A stretch of 48,787 nucleotides of DNA from Thermoleophilia bacterium (GTDB lineage Bacteria; Actinomycetota; Thermoleophilia; Gaiellales; F1-60-MAGs149), in assembly GCA_037133215.1 (NCBI GenBank), contig JBAXOM010000001.1, forward strand, positions 1-48,787. Direction: 5' to 3'. Under the pieces are notes generated by a model, which ran no database searches, was not told the DNA's origin, and worked only from the letters and a program-made list of their open reading frames with translations. Position numbers and translations under genes: made by a program. Of this stretch, positions 1 through 9,092 are shown one piece after another; position 1 is the first letter of the stretch; the number at the start of each line of letters is the position of its first letter.

Positions 1-137
1 GATACGAGGCCACCCCCGGCGCGCCCGGCGACACGCTCGCCAGCAACGACCTCGTACGTGATTGGACCGCGGTTCGAAACGATCGTCAGGCGGTATTGCT
101 CGGGATCAGCCACCGCACGAGGATAGTCGGTACGCAC
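1..137 (-). CDS. Partial CDS (N-terminus only, runs off the window edge): GT20-family trehalose-6-phosphate synthase-like
   Basis: Hand translation of the minus strand from GTG at 137 gives VRTDYPRAVADPEQYRLTIVSNRGPITYEVVAGERVAGRAGGGLV. The IVSNRGP...GGGLV pattern matches N-terminal motifs of OtsA/GT20 enzymes. It is absent from the ORF track because the window truncates it. Confidence 0.45.
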   Translation of the reverse strand, partial: MRTDYPRAVADPEQYRLTIVSNRGPITYEVVAGERVAGRAGGGLV

Positions 138-145
138 GGGTCGGG

Positions 146-1564
146 TCAGGAGAGCGGTCGATCGGCAGGGAGTTCGAGCCGAAACACCTTGTGGGGTCCG
201 GACTGGTCGAGTGCAAGCCGCCCATCCATGCGCCCGGCGAGTTCCGAGGCAATCGCGAGGCCAAGGCCCGAACCCTCACCGGCACCGCTGCCACGTGCGA
301 ACCGCGAGAAGACCGTCGCGGCCTCGGCAGGTGGGATCGGTGGCCCGGAATCTTCGATGATTACGGCGGTCGTGTCGCCACGCTGTTCCGTGCGTACCCA
401 GATCGTGACGCCCTCCGGGTTGTGTCGCACCGCGTTGTCGATCAGGACGCGGGTGATCTGACCGATGCGCGTCTCGTCACCGAGCGCGATCACTGGCGTG
501 GTCTCGATCACAATCGTCGCGCCGCGCCGATTGGCGACAGGTGTGAGATCGCGGGCGATGCGCTCGGCTGCATCCGCAAGCTCGACGGGCTCGCGCACTA
601 CGACAACCTTGCCGGCATCGAGCCGTGAGAGGTCCAGCAGGTCCGTCGCGAGCCGGGTCAGGCGCTCGACCTGGTCCTGCATGGTGGCGAGGAACTGCCG
701 ACGCATCGTCTCGTCCTCTTCGTCGATCAGCAATTCCAAGAAGCCGGACAGTGCGAAGACGGGCGTGCGCAACTCGTGTGAGGCATTGGCGACGAAGGCG
801 CGTCGTGCGGCGTCCGTACTGGCCAATTCGTTGCGCATCTGATCGAGCGCAACAGCGAGCCCGCCAATTTCGTCCTTGCCACGATCGACGATGGGCTCAC
901 TCAAGTTGCCACCCGCGATGCGGCTGGACGCGCGCTCGAGGCGGCGGATCCGGCGGGTCAGTAGCGCGGCGGCGAGGGCGCCGATGATCACTGCGAGGGG
1001 GAGAGCAATCAGCGCACCGAGCAGGCTGCGGCGGCTCGTTAGGGCCACAGTCGAGTCGATATCGGCAAGGCTCGATTGCAGGACGACGACGTATTGCGTG
1101 CCACTAATCCGCATGCTGTAGGCCGCCTCGGCGACGCGCCGCCCAGAGGCCGTTCCGATTCCACTCTGGACACCGTTTGCAGCGGCTGCCGAAATCGCCA
1201 CGGCACTCGGGGTGGGCGGCGCGAGCGTCGTGACCGGGACCAGGTGTTCTTGCGTGATCACCTGGTAGACCGAGGCATCCGTGTTCGTCAGCGTGCCGTA
1301 CGCGAGCGTCACAGCATTCGTATCTGGACTACCCGCGGCACCACTCAGCGCATTGGCAAAGTTCGTTGCGAAGGTTGGTGCTGAGGTCTGAGCGGCGTGG
1401 GCTGTGATGCCAACGCGATTGCTGACCAGGCTGTCGTCGAGTGACGCAATCACGAGCAGGTAGGAAAAGGTCAACGCGAGTGCGCTGACGACGACCACCA
1501 GGAGACCGAGCCAGACAGTCAGGCGACGAAACGGAAAGACGCGGTCGACGAGCCAGTCCATCAC
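146..1564 (-). CDS. Sensor histidine kinase (N-terminal TM, ~150-aa extracytoplasmic domain, second TM, HAMP, HisKA, HATPase_c)
   Basis: H-box FVANASHELRTPVFAL; N/G boxes VLIDNAVRHNP and GSGLGLAIASEL. It starts 6 nt after the response-regulator stop. Confidence 0.9.
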   Translation of the reverse strand: MMDWLVDRVFPFRRLTVWLGLLVVVVSALALTFSYLLVIASLDDSLVSNRVGITAHAAQTSAPTFATNFANALSGAAGSPDTNAVTLAYGTLTNTDASVYQVITQEHLVPVTTLAPPTPSAVAISAAAANGVQSGIGTASGRRVAEAAYSMRISGTQYVVVLQSSLADIDSTVALTSRRSLLGALIALPLAVIIGALAAALLTRRIRRLERASSRIAGGNLSEPIVDRGKDEIGGLAVALDQMRNELASTDAARRAFVANASHELRTPVFALSGFLELLIDEEDETMRRQFLATMQDQVERLTRLATDLLDLSRLDAGKVVVVREPVELADAAERIARDLTPVANRRGATIVIETTPVIALGDETRIGQITRVLIDNAVRHNPEGVTIWVRTEQRGDTTAVIIEDSGPPIPPAEAATVFSRFARGSGAGEGSGLGLAIASELAGRMDGRLALDQSGPHKVFRLELPADRPLS

Positions 1565-1570
1565 AGGCCG

Positions 1571-2278
1571 CTATCCCTCGAAGCGGTACCCAACACCGCG
1601 CACGGTGTGGATCCGCGCTGGTGTCGCCGGGTCGGCCTCGATCTTCTCGCGGAGATGGCGCACGTGCACGTCGACAGTGCGCGGCTCACGAAAATCGGAG
1701 GAGCCCCAAACGGCGTCGAGCAACTGGCCACGGCTGTAGACACGGCCAGGGCTGGCCATCAACGTCGCCAGAATCTCGAACTCGACGTAGGTCAGGTCGG
1801 CGGCAGCACCATCGACCGTCACGACGTGACGCGCACGGTCCATCACGACGCCCGCGAGCTCGAGGCGTTCCTCCACGATCGGCTCGTCATCGCTGCTCGG
1901 CATCGTCATCGCGGCACGGCGCAAGACCGCACGGACGCGCGACCGCAACTCGCGCATGCCAAACGGTTTCGTGATGTAGTCGTCGGCACCGAGCTCGAGA
2001 CCGACGACTTTGTCGACCTCGTCATCGAGTGCGGTCAGCATGATGATCGGTACGGTCGAGGCCGTGCGGATTTCCTTACAGACGTCATGGCCCGAGCCGT
2101 CGGGGAGCATCACGTCCAGCAGGATCGCATCGGGCGAATCGCGGTTGAAGGCGGCGAGTCCAGCCGCAGCCGTTCCCGCCACGATCACGGTGTACCCATC
2201 GCGTTCGAGCGCGTGCGTCAGGAGCTCCTGGAGCGACTCTTCGTCATCGATGATTAAGACCACGGGTGGATTCTGCAC
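1571..2278 (-). CDS. OmpR/PhoB-family response regulator (RegX3-like)
   Basis: Receiver motifs VLIIDDEE, LLDVMLPDGSG and DKVVGLELGADDYITKP, with a C-terminal winged-helix (VRGVGYRF). GTG start at 2278 is preceded by TAGCAT plus a 6-nt spacer. Confidence 0.93.
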   Translation of the reverse strand: MQNPPVVLIIDDEESLQELLTHALERDGYTVIVAGTAAAGLAAFNRDSPDAILLDVMLPDGSGHDVCKEIRTASTVPIIMLTALDDEVDKVVGLELGADDYITKPFGMRELRSRVRAVLRRAAMTMPSSDDEPIVEERLELAGVVMDRARHVVTVDGAAADLTYVEFEILATLMASPGRVYSRGQLLDAVWGSSDFREPRTVDVHVRHLREKIEADPATPARIHTVRGVGYRFEG

Positions 2279-3963
2279 AGGCCAATGCTACCGTCAGCAG
2301 GCCTGTGGTTAACCAGCGTGGCAGTGTGCAACCAGTGAAAGGTCCGCGCGGACGTGCCGGACGAGCGCTTCGCATTGCCTTTATCGTCCCGCCGCTACTC
2401 GCCCTCATCATCCTGCTGGTCAGCGTTCGCACGCCAGCTGGACCGTCCGCAACGATCGCCGTGGCACCGAGTTTTGATGGCACGCGCGCCGCTGCCTATG
2501 CGCGTCAACTGGCCGAATACGCACCAGATCGTGCGCCTGGGACCTTGACGGCGAAGCAGGCAGCGGATCAGGTTGCAGGCTCGCTGAGCGAGGCGAGTGG
2601 TGCGACCGTTCAGCGCTCCTCGTTTCGTGCGCCGGGAGCGCAGGGGACGGATGTGACCATGGAGAACCTCTGGGTTGTCGAGAAAGGTTCGTCCGACGAG
2701 GCGATCGTCGTGCTCGCCAACCGTGACGACATTGCACCTGGCCCGGGTCTCAATGACAACGCGACGGGAACAGCCGCGATTGTCGAGTTAGCGCGCGGTT
2801 TATCGGGTGTTGAGCGAGCGCGTACGTTGGTGCTGGCCTCGACCGACGGTGGCACCGTTGGGCAGGCGGGTAATCAACACCTGCTTGAAGAGTTGCGTTC
2901 CTCGGGGTTGCGTCCGGTTGCGGTGGTGTCGCTCGATGCGATTGGGTCTGCGACGGATTCACTCCCGATTCGGTTCGCCGGCACGGGTGGTGTGCGGACG
3001 CCAGAGCTCCTCTTGCGGGGTCTTGAGGAATCGATCGCAAGCCAACCCGCCGCCGGTGCGGCCGGACCTGCAAGCCCAGTCGCACAGGTGCTCGATCTGA
3101 TTGCGCCCGTCACACCGGCGGGTGCGCAGGTCTCGTTTCTCGACGCCGGCGTTGCCGCAATTCAGCTTGGTGATGGTGATGGTGGTGTCGGCGTTGCGGC
3201 TCTGGACGATGCGCGGCTTGGCGCGGTTGGTTCGGCCATCGGCACGCTGCTTGTCCGTCTCGATGCCGAGCCGCGTCCATCGCCGCCGAGCGGTGTCTAC
3301 GTGGCGGTGTCTGGCCGAGTGATCCCTGGCCGGGCGATTGCCTTGCTGGCAATCGCCCTCTTGTTTGGTCCGCTCTTCGCCGCCGGGCGGACGTTGCTCG
3401 TCGGCCGTCCATCGCGGGCTGGTTGGAGTGCGGCATTGATTGTCGCGGCAATCGGTGCCGTTCCGGGCATTGCAACGGTTTTGATCGCACGCGCCACCGA
3501 CCTGGCGGGTGGAATCGATACCCCACCGGGCTCCGGTTGGCCAAAGGCTGGACTGCTGGCAGTGTTGCTTGTGATTGCGGCCGGCATCATCTCGGTCGCG
3601 ATCGCTGTGTATCTATTGCGGTATCGGTTCCGTGCACCGCTACCACTGGTGGCAACGCCGGTGATTGGCCTCGGCGCGGCCGTGCTGCTGCTCGCTGGCA
3701 GCCCGGCGTCAGTCTTGATTGCCGTACCGGCGCTGTGGGTTTGGACGTTGCTGACCCGACCAGACGAACTCGTGCCTCGGATGGCTTGGGGTCTTGGCCC
3801 CGTGGCGGCCGCAGGTCTCTTGATCTTCTTGTTGCGTGGCGCCGATCTCGCGTCGCTGATCGGCGCAGCTGGTACCGGGTCGTTGCCCGCCGCTCTGGTC
3901 GTCGGCGGGTCGGTCCTCGTCGGTGCGGGCGTCGTCGGCGCTCTTGCGTCGAACGATCGCTAG
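2266..3963 (+). CDS. Polytopic membrane protein with an M28-peptidase-like extracytoplasmic domain (probably catalytically degenerate)
   Basis: IVVLANRDDIAPGPGLNDNATGTAAIVELARGL...RTLVLASTDGGTVG resembles the M28 core, followed by about 7 hydrophobic segments. The start is uncertain: GTG 2266 overlaps the divergent regulator start and its -10 element, so in-frame GTGs at 2305 or 2326 are more plausible. Confidence 0.7.
   Translation: MDSAQANATVSRPVVNQRGSVQPVKGPRGRAGRALRIAFIVPPLLALIILLVSVRTPAGPSATIAVAPSFDGTRAAAYARQLAEYAPDRAPGTLTAKQAADQVAGSLSEASGATVQRSSFRAPGAQGTDVTMENLWVVEKGSSDEAIVVLANRDDIAPGPGLNDNATGTAAIVELARGLSGVERARTLVLASTDGGTVGQAGNQHLLEELRSSGLRPVAVVSLDAIGSATDSLPIRFAGTGGVRTPELLLRGLEESIASQPAAGAAGPASPVAQVLDLIAPVTPAGAQVSFLDAGVAAIQLGDGDGGVGVAALDDARLGAVGSAIGTLLVRLDAEPRPSPPSGVYVAVSGRVIPGRAIALLAIALLFGPLFAAGRTLLVGRPSRAGWSAALIVAAIGAVPGIATVLIARATDLAGGIDTPPGSGWPKAGLLAVLLVIAAGIISVAIAVYLLRYRFRAPLPLVATPVIGLGAAVLLLAGSPASVLIAVPALWVWTLLTRPDELVPRMAWGLGPVAAAGLLIFLLRGADLASLIGAAGTGSLPAALVVGGSVLVGAGVVGALASNDR
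2285..2290 (-). promoter_or_regulatory. -10-like hexamer TAGCAT, 6 nt upstream of the response-regulator GTG start (leaderless configuration)
   Basis: The reverse complement of atgcta at 2285-2290 is TAGCAT. The spacer tggcct follows, then GTG at 2278. Confidence 0.35.
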
Positions 3964-4020
3964 GTCTTCTGCCTCGGTTTTGTGAGATTCATGGTTTGTC
4001 TGCGAGGCTGCCGGTTGGTC

Positions 4021-4115
4021 GATGTCCGGAAGGGGTCAGGCCCGATCTGGACATTTGATGGCGAGCGAGCTCACCTATCAAGTGTCCAGATCGGGCCTGA
4101 CCCCTTCCAGTCATC
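4021..4115. repeat. 95-bp nested-palindrome element (copy 1 of a dispersed family); likely bidirectional terminator
   Basis: 39-nt arms at 4021-4059 and 4077-4115 are near-perfect reverse complements. The spacer GGCGAGCGAGCTCACC is itself palindromic. The element lies between convergent genes, 57 nt after the 3963 stop and 3 nt from the fumC stop. A homologous copy is at 48671-48765. Confidence 0.85.
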
Positions 4116-4118
4116 GAC

Positions 4119-5516
4119 CTACAGCGGGTGCGTCATGTCGACAGGGACGACCCACTCGGCGTACTGCTCGGGCGTAACCAATTCGAGTGCCGTGGCGGCT
4201 TCGATCAAGGTCGTGCCGTCGTGGTGCGCCTTCTTCGCGATCTTGGCGGCGTTCTCGTAGCCAATGTGCGTGTTGAGGGCGGTCACGAGCATCAGTGACG
4301 CGTTGAGGTTGCGCTCCAACGTCTCCAAGTTCGGCTCGATACCGACGGCACAGCGGTCGTTAAACGATTTGCAGGCCGCGGCGATCAGTTCGGCCGATTC
4401 GATCACGTTCCAAACCATCACCGGCTTGTAGACGTTGAGCTGATAATCGCCCTGCGTGCCGGCAAAGGCGACGGCGGCGTCGTTACCGAAGACCTGCACG
4501 CAGACCATCGTGAGGGCCTCGCACTGCGTCGGGTTGACCTTGCCTGGCATGATCGACGAGCCCGGCTCGTTCTCGGGAATCGAGATCTCACCGATGCCAG
4601 CGCGGGGGCCGGAGGCGAGACGACGAACGTCGTTAGCCATCTTCATCAACGCACCCGCAAGGGTGCGCTCGGCTGCCGAGGCGTTGACCATCGCGTCGTG
4701 CGACGACAGGGCCTTGAACTTGTTCTCGGCCGAGTAGAACGCGTAGCCCGTCTCCTCACCCATGTACTTCGCGGCGAGATCGCCGAACTTCGGATGCGCG
4801 TTGAGTCCCGTGCCGACGGCAGTACCGCCGATGGCCAACTCGAGCAGGCCATCAATGGCGCGGCGGACGGTGGCGAGGGCATCGTCGATCTGGGAGACCC
4901 AGGCCGAGATCTCCTGGCCGAGCGTGACTGGCGTTGCGTCCTGCAGGTGCGTGCGGCCGATCTTGACGACGTCCGCGTACTCCTTGGCCTTCGCGTCGAG
5001 CGTGTCACGCAGCAGCGTGACGCTCGGGATCAGCACCTGGTCGAGCACCTCAACGGCGGCGATATGCATCGCGGTCGGGAAGGTGTCATTTGACGACTGA
5101 CCGCGATTGACGTGGTCGTTCGGATGGACGGGGGTCTTCGAGCCCATCACGCCACCCGCAACTTCGATCGCACGGTTCGAGATGACCTCGTTGACGTTCA
5201 TGTTCGACTGCGTGCCCGAGCCGGTCTGCCACACGACGAGTGGGAAGTGATCGTCGAGCTTGCCGGAGATGACCTCGTCGGCGGCCGCGATCACCATGTC
5301 GGCAACGTCGGGTGGCAACTGGTCAAGATCCTTGTTGGCACGTGCGGCCGACTTCTTCAGCACACCGAGTGCACGAATGATCGGGCGGTCCCAGTGGTAC
5401 GTCCCGATACCGATCTGAAAGTTGTCAATCGACCGCTCGGTCTGCGCGCCCCAATAGCGGTCGGTGGGCACGTTGACCTCGCCCATGCTGTCTGTCTCGA
5501 CTCGATACTCCGTCAT
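4119..5516 (-). CDS. fumC: Class II fumarate hydratase
   Basis: Signature [16 protein letters not shown] and N-terminus [31 protein letters not shown]-type RBS upstream of the ATG. Confidence 0.96.
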   Translation of the reverse strand: MTEYRVETDSMGEVNVPTDRYWGAQTERSIDNFQIGIGTYHWDRPIIRALGVLKKSAARANKDLDQLPPDVADMVIAAADEVISGKLDDHFPLVVWQTGSGTQSNMNVNEVISNRAIEVAGGVMGSKTPVHPNDHVNRGQSSNDTFPTAMHIAAVEVLDQVLIPSVTLLRDTLDAKAKEYADVVKIGRTHLQDATPVTLGQEISAWVSQIDDALATVRRAIDGLLELAIGGTAVGTGLNAHPKFGDLAAKYMGEETGYAFYSAENKFKALSSHDAMVNASAAERTLAGALMKMANDVRRLASGPRAGIGEISIPENEPGSSIMPGKVNPTQCEALTMVCVQVFGNDAAVAFAGTQGDYQLNVYKPVMVWNVIESAELIAAACKSFNDRCAVGIEPNLETLERNLNASLMLVTALNTHIGYENAAKIAKKAHHDGTTLIEAATALELVTPEQYAEWVVPVDMTHPL

Positions 5517-5601
5517 GGCCTGCCTCTTAGATTCGGATCTGCGATGGCACCGTAGCGCGATGCGCGCCCGGGTCAGGCGGCTCCCCCGACAGACGGCAGG
5601 A

Positions 5602-6795
5602 CTAGGCCAACGGGACGGCGTCGACGATCGTGCCGGCAGGGAGTTCGCCCGTACCGGTTGGGATCAAGGCGAGTGCGTTCGCGCGTGCTGCCCGCGACAG
5701 TTGGTGCGAGGCGCCGGCACCAAGTTCTTCGAGGCGGCCGGCCTGGAGGAGCATGGGAATGGCGCGGAGGCGGGCCGGGAGTTGGGCGATTGGGGCGGCC
5801 AATTCGGCGTGGACGGTGATCGGTACGGGGTCGCTGCCGGTCATGGCCCGAACTGCCGGTATCAGCAGGAGGTGTAGTCCGACGAGGCACGAGAGCGGGT
5901 TGCCGGGGAGGCCCGTGACAAGCGTGCCACCGGGTGCAGAGCCACACCAGACGGGCTGGCCGGGCTGCGTTGCAATCCGCCAGAAGAGTTCTGTCACCCC
6001 GAGCTCGTGCAGCGCGGGCTTGACGTGGTCTCGTGGACCGACAGAGACACCACCGGTCGAGACGACGAGGTCGGCGTCGGTCAGTGCGGCTGCAAATGCG
6101 GTCCGGGTCGCCTCTGCCGTATCCGGAACGTTGGCGATGCGCACGATCTCGCAGCCGGCCGCGGCGAGTGTGGCGCCAACCAGTACGGAGTTTGATTCGT
6201 GAATCTGGCCGCGCTTACGAGGGGTGCCGGGTGGAACAAGCTCGTCGCCGGTTGTCAGGACGACGACGCGGGGGCGACGAATGCACGCCACGCTCGTGAG
6301 ACCAAGGCCGGCGACGGCCGAGGTGGCGAGCGGTGTCAGTCTGGTACCTGGGTGGAGGACGACGTCGCCTGCCTGCACGTCGGCACCCACGTGGCGTACG
6401 AAGTCGCCGCTCGCGATCGACTCCGTCGCGGTCACCACACCGTCGACGACCTCAACGCGTTCGATCGGGACGACGGCATCGGCGCCGTCCGGCAAGACTC
6501 CACCGGTGGCAATGGCCGCTGCGGAGTTCGGTACGAGGGGAGCGGGATTATCACCCGCGAGTATCTGTGCGGAGATCGGCCAGGGCCCGGCCGATCCTGC
6601 CTGAACGGCGTAGCCATCCATCGCCGAATTAGCGTGTGAGGGGAGGCTGTGTGGCGCTACGACCGCTTCTCCAACCGTGCGCCCCGCGAGCTCTGCAAGC
6701 CCGACCGGTTCTGTGTCGAGCAGACGCACAGCCGCAATCACGCGCGCCCGAGCCTCGTCGACGGGCACTCGTTCGTGTGGGAGTTCAGTGGTCAT
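5602..6795 (-). CDS. moeA: Molybdopterin molybdenumtransferase MoeA
   Basis: NSAMDGYAV motif, a central MoCF-binding domain ([24 protein letters not shown]), and length about 400 aa. Confidence 0.9.
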   Translation of the reverse strand: MTTELPHERVPVDEARARVIAAVRLLDTEPVGLAELAGRTVGEAVVAPHSLPSHANSAMDGYAVQAGSAGPWPISAQILAGDNPAPLVPNSAAAIATGGVLPDGADAVVPIERVEVVDGVVTATESIASGDFVRHVGADVQAGDVVLHPGTRLTPLATSAVAGLGLTSVACIRRPRVVVLTTGDELVPPGTPRKRGQIHESNSVLVGATLAAAGCEIVRIANVPDTAEATRTAFAAALTDADLVVSTGGVSVGPRDHVKPALHELGVTELFWRIATQPGQPVWCGSAPGGTLVTGLPGNPLSCLVGLHLLLIPAVRAMTGSDPVPITVHAELAAPIAQLPARLRAIPMLLQAGRLEELGAGASHQLSRAARANALALIPTGTGELPAGTIVDAVPLA

Positions 6796-6881
6796 GTTTC
6801 GGTGAAAGTTACGAGTCTGGCTCGTCGGTCATGGTATACAGCGATGGTGCTCGTGCCTAACCGCCAGACCGAAACTCGACA

Positions 6882-8000
6882 ATGACTGAACCCATCGCCG
6901 GACGCTACCGCCCTGTCGCCCCGTTGCCAGCCCTTGGTGGTGTGGCGCGCGAGCTTGCGGTAGACCAGGTCGCCGACCACCGTGTCGCCGTCGCCCGCAT
7001 CGCGGGTGGTGCCCAGGCCGCGTCGGTCGAACGTCTCCTTGAGGCAGTCAAGGCAACGCGTCAGTCCAGCCTCGCACCGGTGCTCGACGTCGTTCGTCTT
7101 GACGACGACACGATCGTCCACGTTGAGGCTCAGGCCGACGGGCCCCTCTTGAGTGGCGCCGTCATGCTGCCGCAGGCCAGTGCCGTGTTGGTCGCCGCGG
7201 ATGTTGCCGATGCCCTCGCGGCACTTCACGCTGCCGGTCTGACCCACGGAGGGCTAGCACCTGACGCTGTCGTGTTGGATGCCTCCGGACGACCTGTTGT
7301 GATGGGCGCGGGTCTCGGGACTGCGATGGCGATCTCGTCAGGCGCGCCCGCCCCGACGGCTTCCAACGACATGCGGGCACTCGGCGCGATTCTCTATCTG
7401 CTGGTGACAGGTCGCGAGGCGACGCAGCCGCCAGCCTCACCCGCCAGCCTCGCGTCCGGCATCGCGCCGGCACTCAATGGCCTGATGCTCGCGCTGCTCT
7501 CCGACGACGCCCGCCGCCCGCCGCCGCCTGCCGCACTCGTTGCGGAACGCCTGCGCGTGATGGCCGGTGTGGAATTGCCGATCGATCTGATGCCCGCACC
7601 GGTCGCGCAGCCACCGCTTCCGACGACACCGCGCCGCGGTATCTCGGATGCTGGCCTTGCCGCGATTGTCGGTGGTATCGCGCTCTTGGCGATCGTGTTG
7701 GCTGTCGCCGCCATCAACGGTGGTGGTCTGCTCAACAATGATTCGTCGTCCAGTTCGGGCAACGACACGGGAATCCCGACCTTCACGCTGCCGCAGCCCG
7801 ATTCGCTGACGCTGACGGTGACGGGCGACACGCTGCCCTTGCCGGGTGTCGTCACCGACACGGGTGTTACGGATACCGCTCCGATCGATACCTTCCAGGT
7901 CTTTACGGATACGACGGCCTCAGTTCCTGCGGTGACGGATACGGCTCCCATGACCACGGCGACGCTGACCGCACCCGAGGCGACACTCCAGATCAACTAG
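6882..8000 (+). CDS. Membrane-anchored Ser/Thr-kinase-like pseudokinase with Pro-rich linker, one TM helix and a Thr/Asp-rich extracellular tail
   Basis: Kinase-fold landmarks are present but catalytic residues are replaced: VAVARI for VAIK, GLTHGGLAPDAVVL for HRDLKPxN, MGAGLG for DFG. The sequence NDMRALGAILYLLVTGR is retained. TM helix AAIVGGIALLAIVLAVAAI. The tail contains VTDTAP repeats. Confidence 0.7.
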   Translation: MTEPIAGRYRPVAPLPALGGVARELAVDQVADHRVAVARIAGGAQAASVERLLEAVKATRQSSLAPVLDVVRLDDDTIVHVEAQADGPLLSGAVMLPQASAVLVAADVADALAALHAAGLTHGGLAPDAVVLDASGRPVVMGAGLGTAMAISSGAPAPTASNDMRALGAILYLLVTGREATQPPASPASLASGIAPALNGLMLALLSDDARRPPPPAALVAERLRVMAGVELPIDLMPAPVAQPPLPTTPRRGISDAGLAAIVGGIALLAIVLAVAAINGGGLLNNDSSSSSGNDTGIPTFTLPQPDSLTLTVTGDTLPLPGVVTDTGVTDTAPIDTFQVFTDTTASVPAVTDTAPMTTATLTAPEATLQIN

Positions 8001-8105
8001 GCGTCGGACCGCCAGTAGCCCTGTCGGTTTGCCGATCGGCTGGACCTATGACGGACTGTCTTCTGCGTCGCTGAGCAGTAGGCGCGGGAGCACGCCCACC
8101 TCGCC

Positions 8106-8111
8106 TACCCT
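8106..8111 (+). promoter_or_regulatory. -10-like hexamer TACCCT, 6 nt upstream of the hemB GTG (leaderless configuration)
   Basis: TACCCT-ttcaac-GTG(8118). No Shine-Dalgarno sequence is visible. Confidence 0.35.
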
Positions 8112-8117
8112 TTCAAC

Positions 8118-9092
8118 GTGTTCCCTGAGAGCCGACCACGCCGTAATCGCCGTACACCTGGGCTCCGCGCCATGCTGCGCGAGACCACGCTGACGCCCGC
8201 GCAGCTGATTCTGCCGATGTTTGTGTTGCCCGGTGAAGGTCGGCGCGAGCCGATTGGCGCGTTGCCCGGTGTCGATCGTGTGACGCCAGATCTGGCCGCC
8301 GAACTCGCAGTCGAGGCGGCGGCGCTCGGCGTCAGCGGCGTGTTGCTGTTTGGCCTCCCCGACGAGAAGGATGCCGAGGGCACGTCTGCCTGGGACTCAA
8401 ACGGTCCTACTCCAACGGCGGTGCGCGCGATCCGTTCGGCAGCGCCGGGCCTCGTGATCGCCACCGATGTCTGCCTGTGTCAGTACACGAGCCACGGCCA
8501 CTGTGGATTAGTGGGTTCGAACGGTGAGATTCTCAATGACGCCTCGCTACCAGCACTCGGCCGCGCGGCGGTCGCGCACGCCCGTGCCGGCGCCGACCTT
8601 GTCGCACCCTCGGACATGTTCGATGGTCGTATTGGGGTGATCCGCGACGCGCTTGACGAGGAGGGCTTCGCCGAATCCGTTGGCATCTTGGCCTACTCCT
8701 CGAAGTTCGCCTCTGCCCTCTACGGTCCGTTCCGTGACGCCGCACACTCGACTCCTTCTGCGGGTGATCGTCGTTCCCATCAACTCGATCCGGCAAATCG
8801 CATCGAGGCCGTCCGGGAGGGACTGATCGACGAAGAGGAGGGGGCTGACATGTTGATGGTCAAACCCGCAATCACCGCACTCGATGTGATCTCTGACCTC
8901 TCGCAACAGAGTGATCTCCCCGTGCTCGCGTACCAGGTATCGGGTGAGTACGCGATGTTGCGCCACGCCGCCGACGCTGGCGCCTTCGCCTTCGATGCCG
9001 CGATGATGGAGTCACTACTTTCGATCCGCCGTGCGGGTGCTCGTGCGGTCATCACCTATAGCGCCTTGGACGTTGCACGATGGCTGGCGTAG
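8118..9092 (+). CDS. hemB: Porphobilinogen synthase (delta-aminolevulinate dehydratase), Zn-type
   Basis: N-terminus RPRRNRRTPGLRAMLRET, Cys-rich Zn site DVCLCQYTSHGHCG, and active-site region MVKPA. Confidence 0.95.
   Translation: MFPESRPRRNRRTPGLRAMLRETTLTPAQLILPMFVLPGEGRREPIGALPGVDRVTPDLAAELAVEAAALGVSGVLLFGLPDEKDAEGTSAWDSNGPTPTAVRAIRSAAPGLVIATDVCLCQYTSHGHCGLVGSNGEILNDASLPALGRAAVAHARAGADLVAPSDMFDGRIGVIRDALDEEGFAESVGILAYSSKFASALYGPFRDAAHSTPSAGDRRSHQLDPANRIEAVREGLIDEEEGADMLMVKPAITALDVISDLSQQSDLPVLAYQVSGEYAMLRHAADAGAFAFDAAMMESLLSIRRAGARAVITYSALDVARWLA

Noticed and set aside
71-80. GGTTCGAA T-loop-like strings (also near 8514), as possible tRNA genes
   Set aside because: Both lie inside well-supported coding frames (the GT20-like N-terminus and hemB), and no flanking acceptor or anticodon stem complementarity was found.
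3982-4260. Similar peptides encoded across the two palindrome elements (VDVRKGSGPIWTF... at 4021 and MNVQKGSGTIWTF... at 48671)
   Set aside because: The similarity is a by-product of nucleotide repeat identity. The ORF at 3982 runs antisense into fumC, and the other has no start context.
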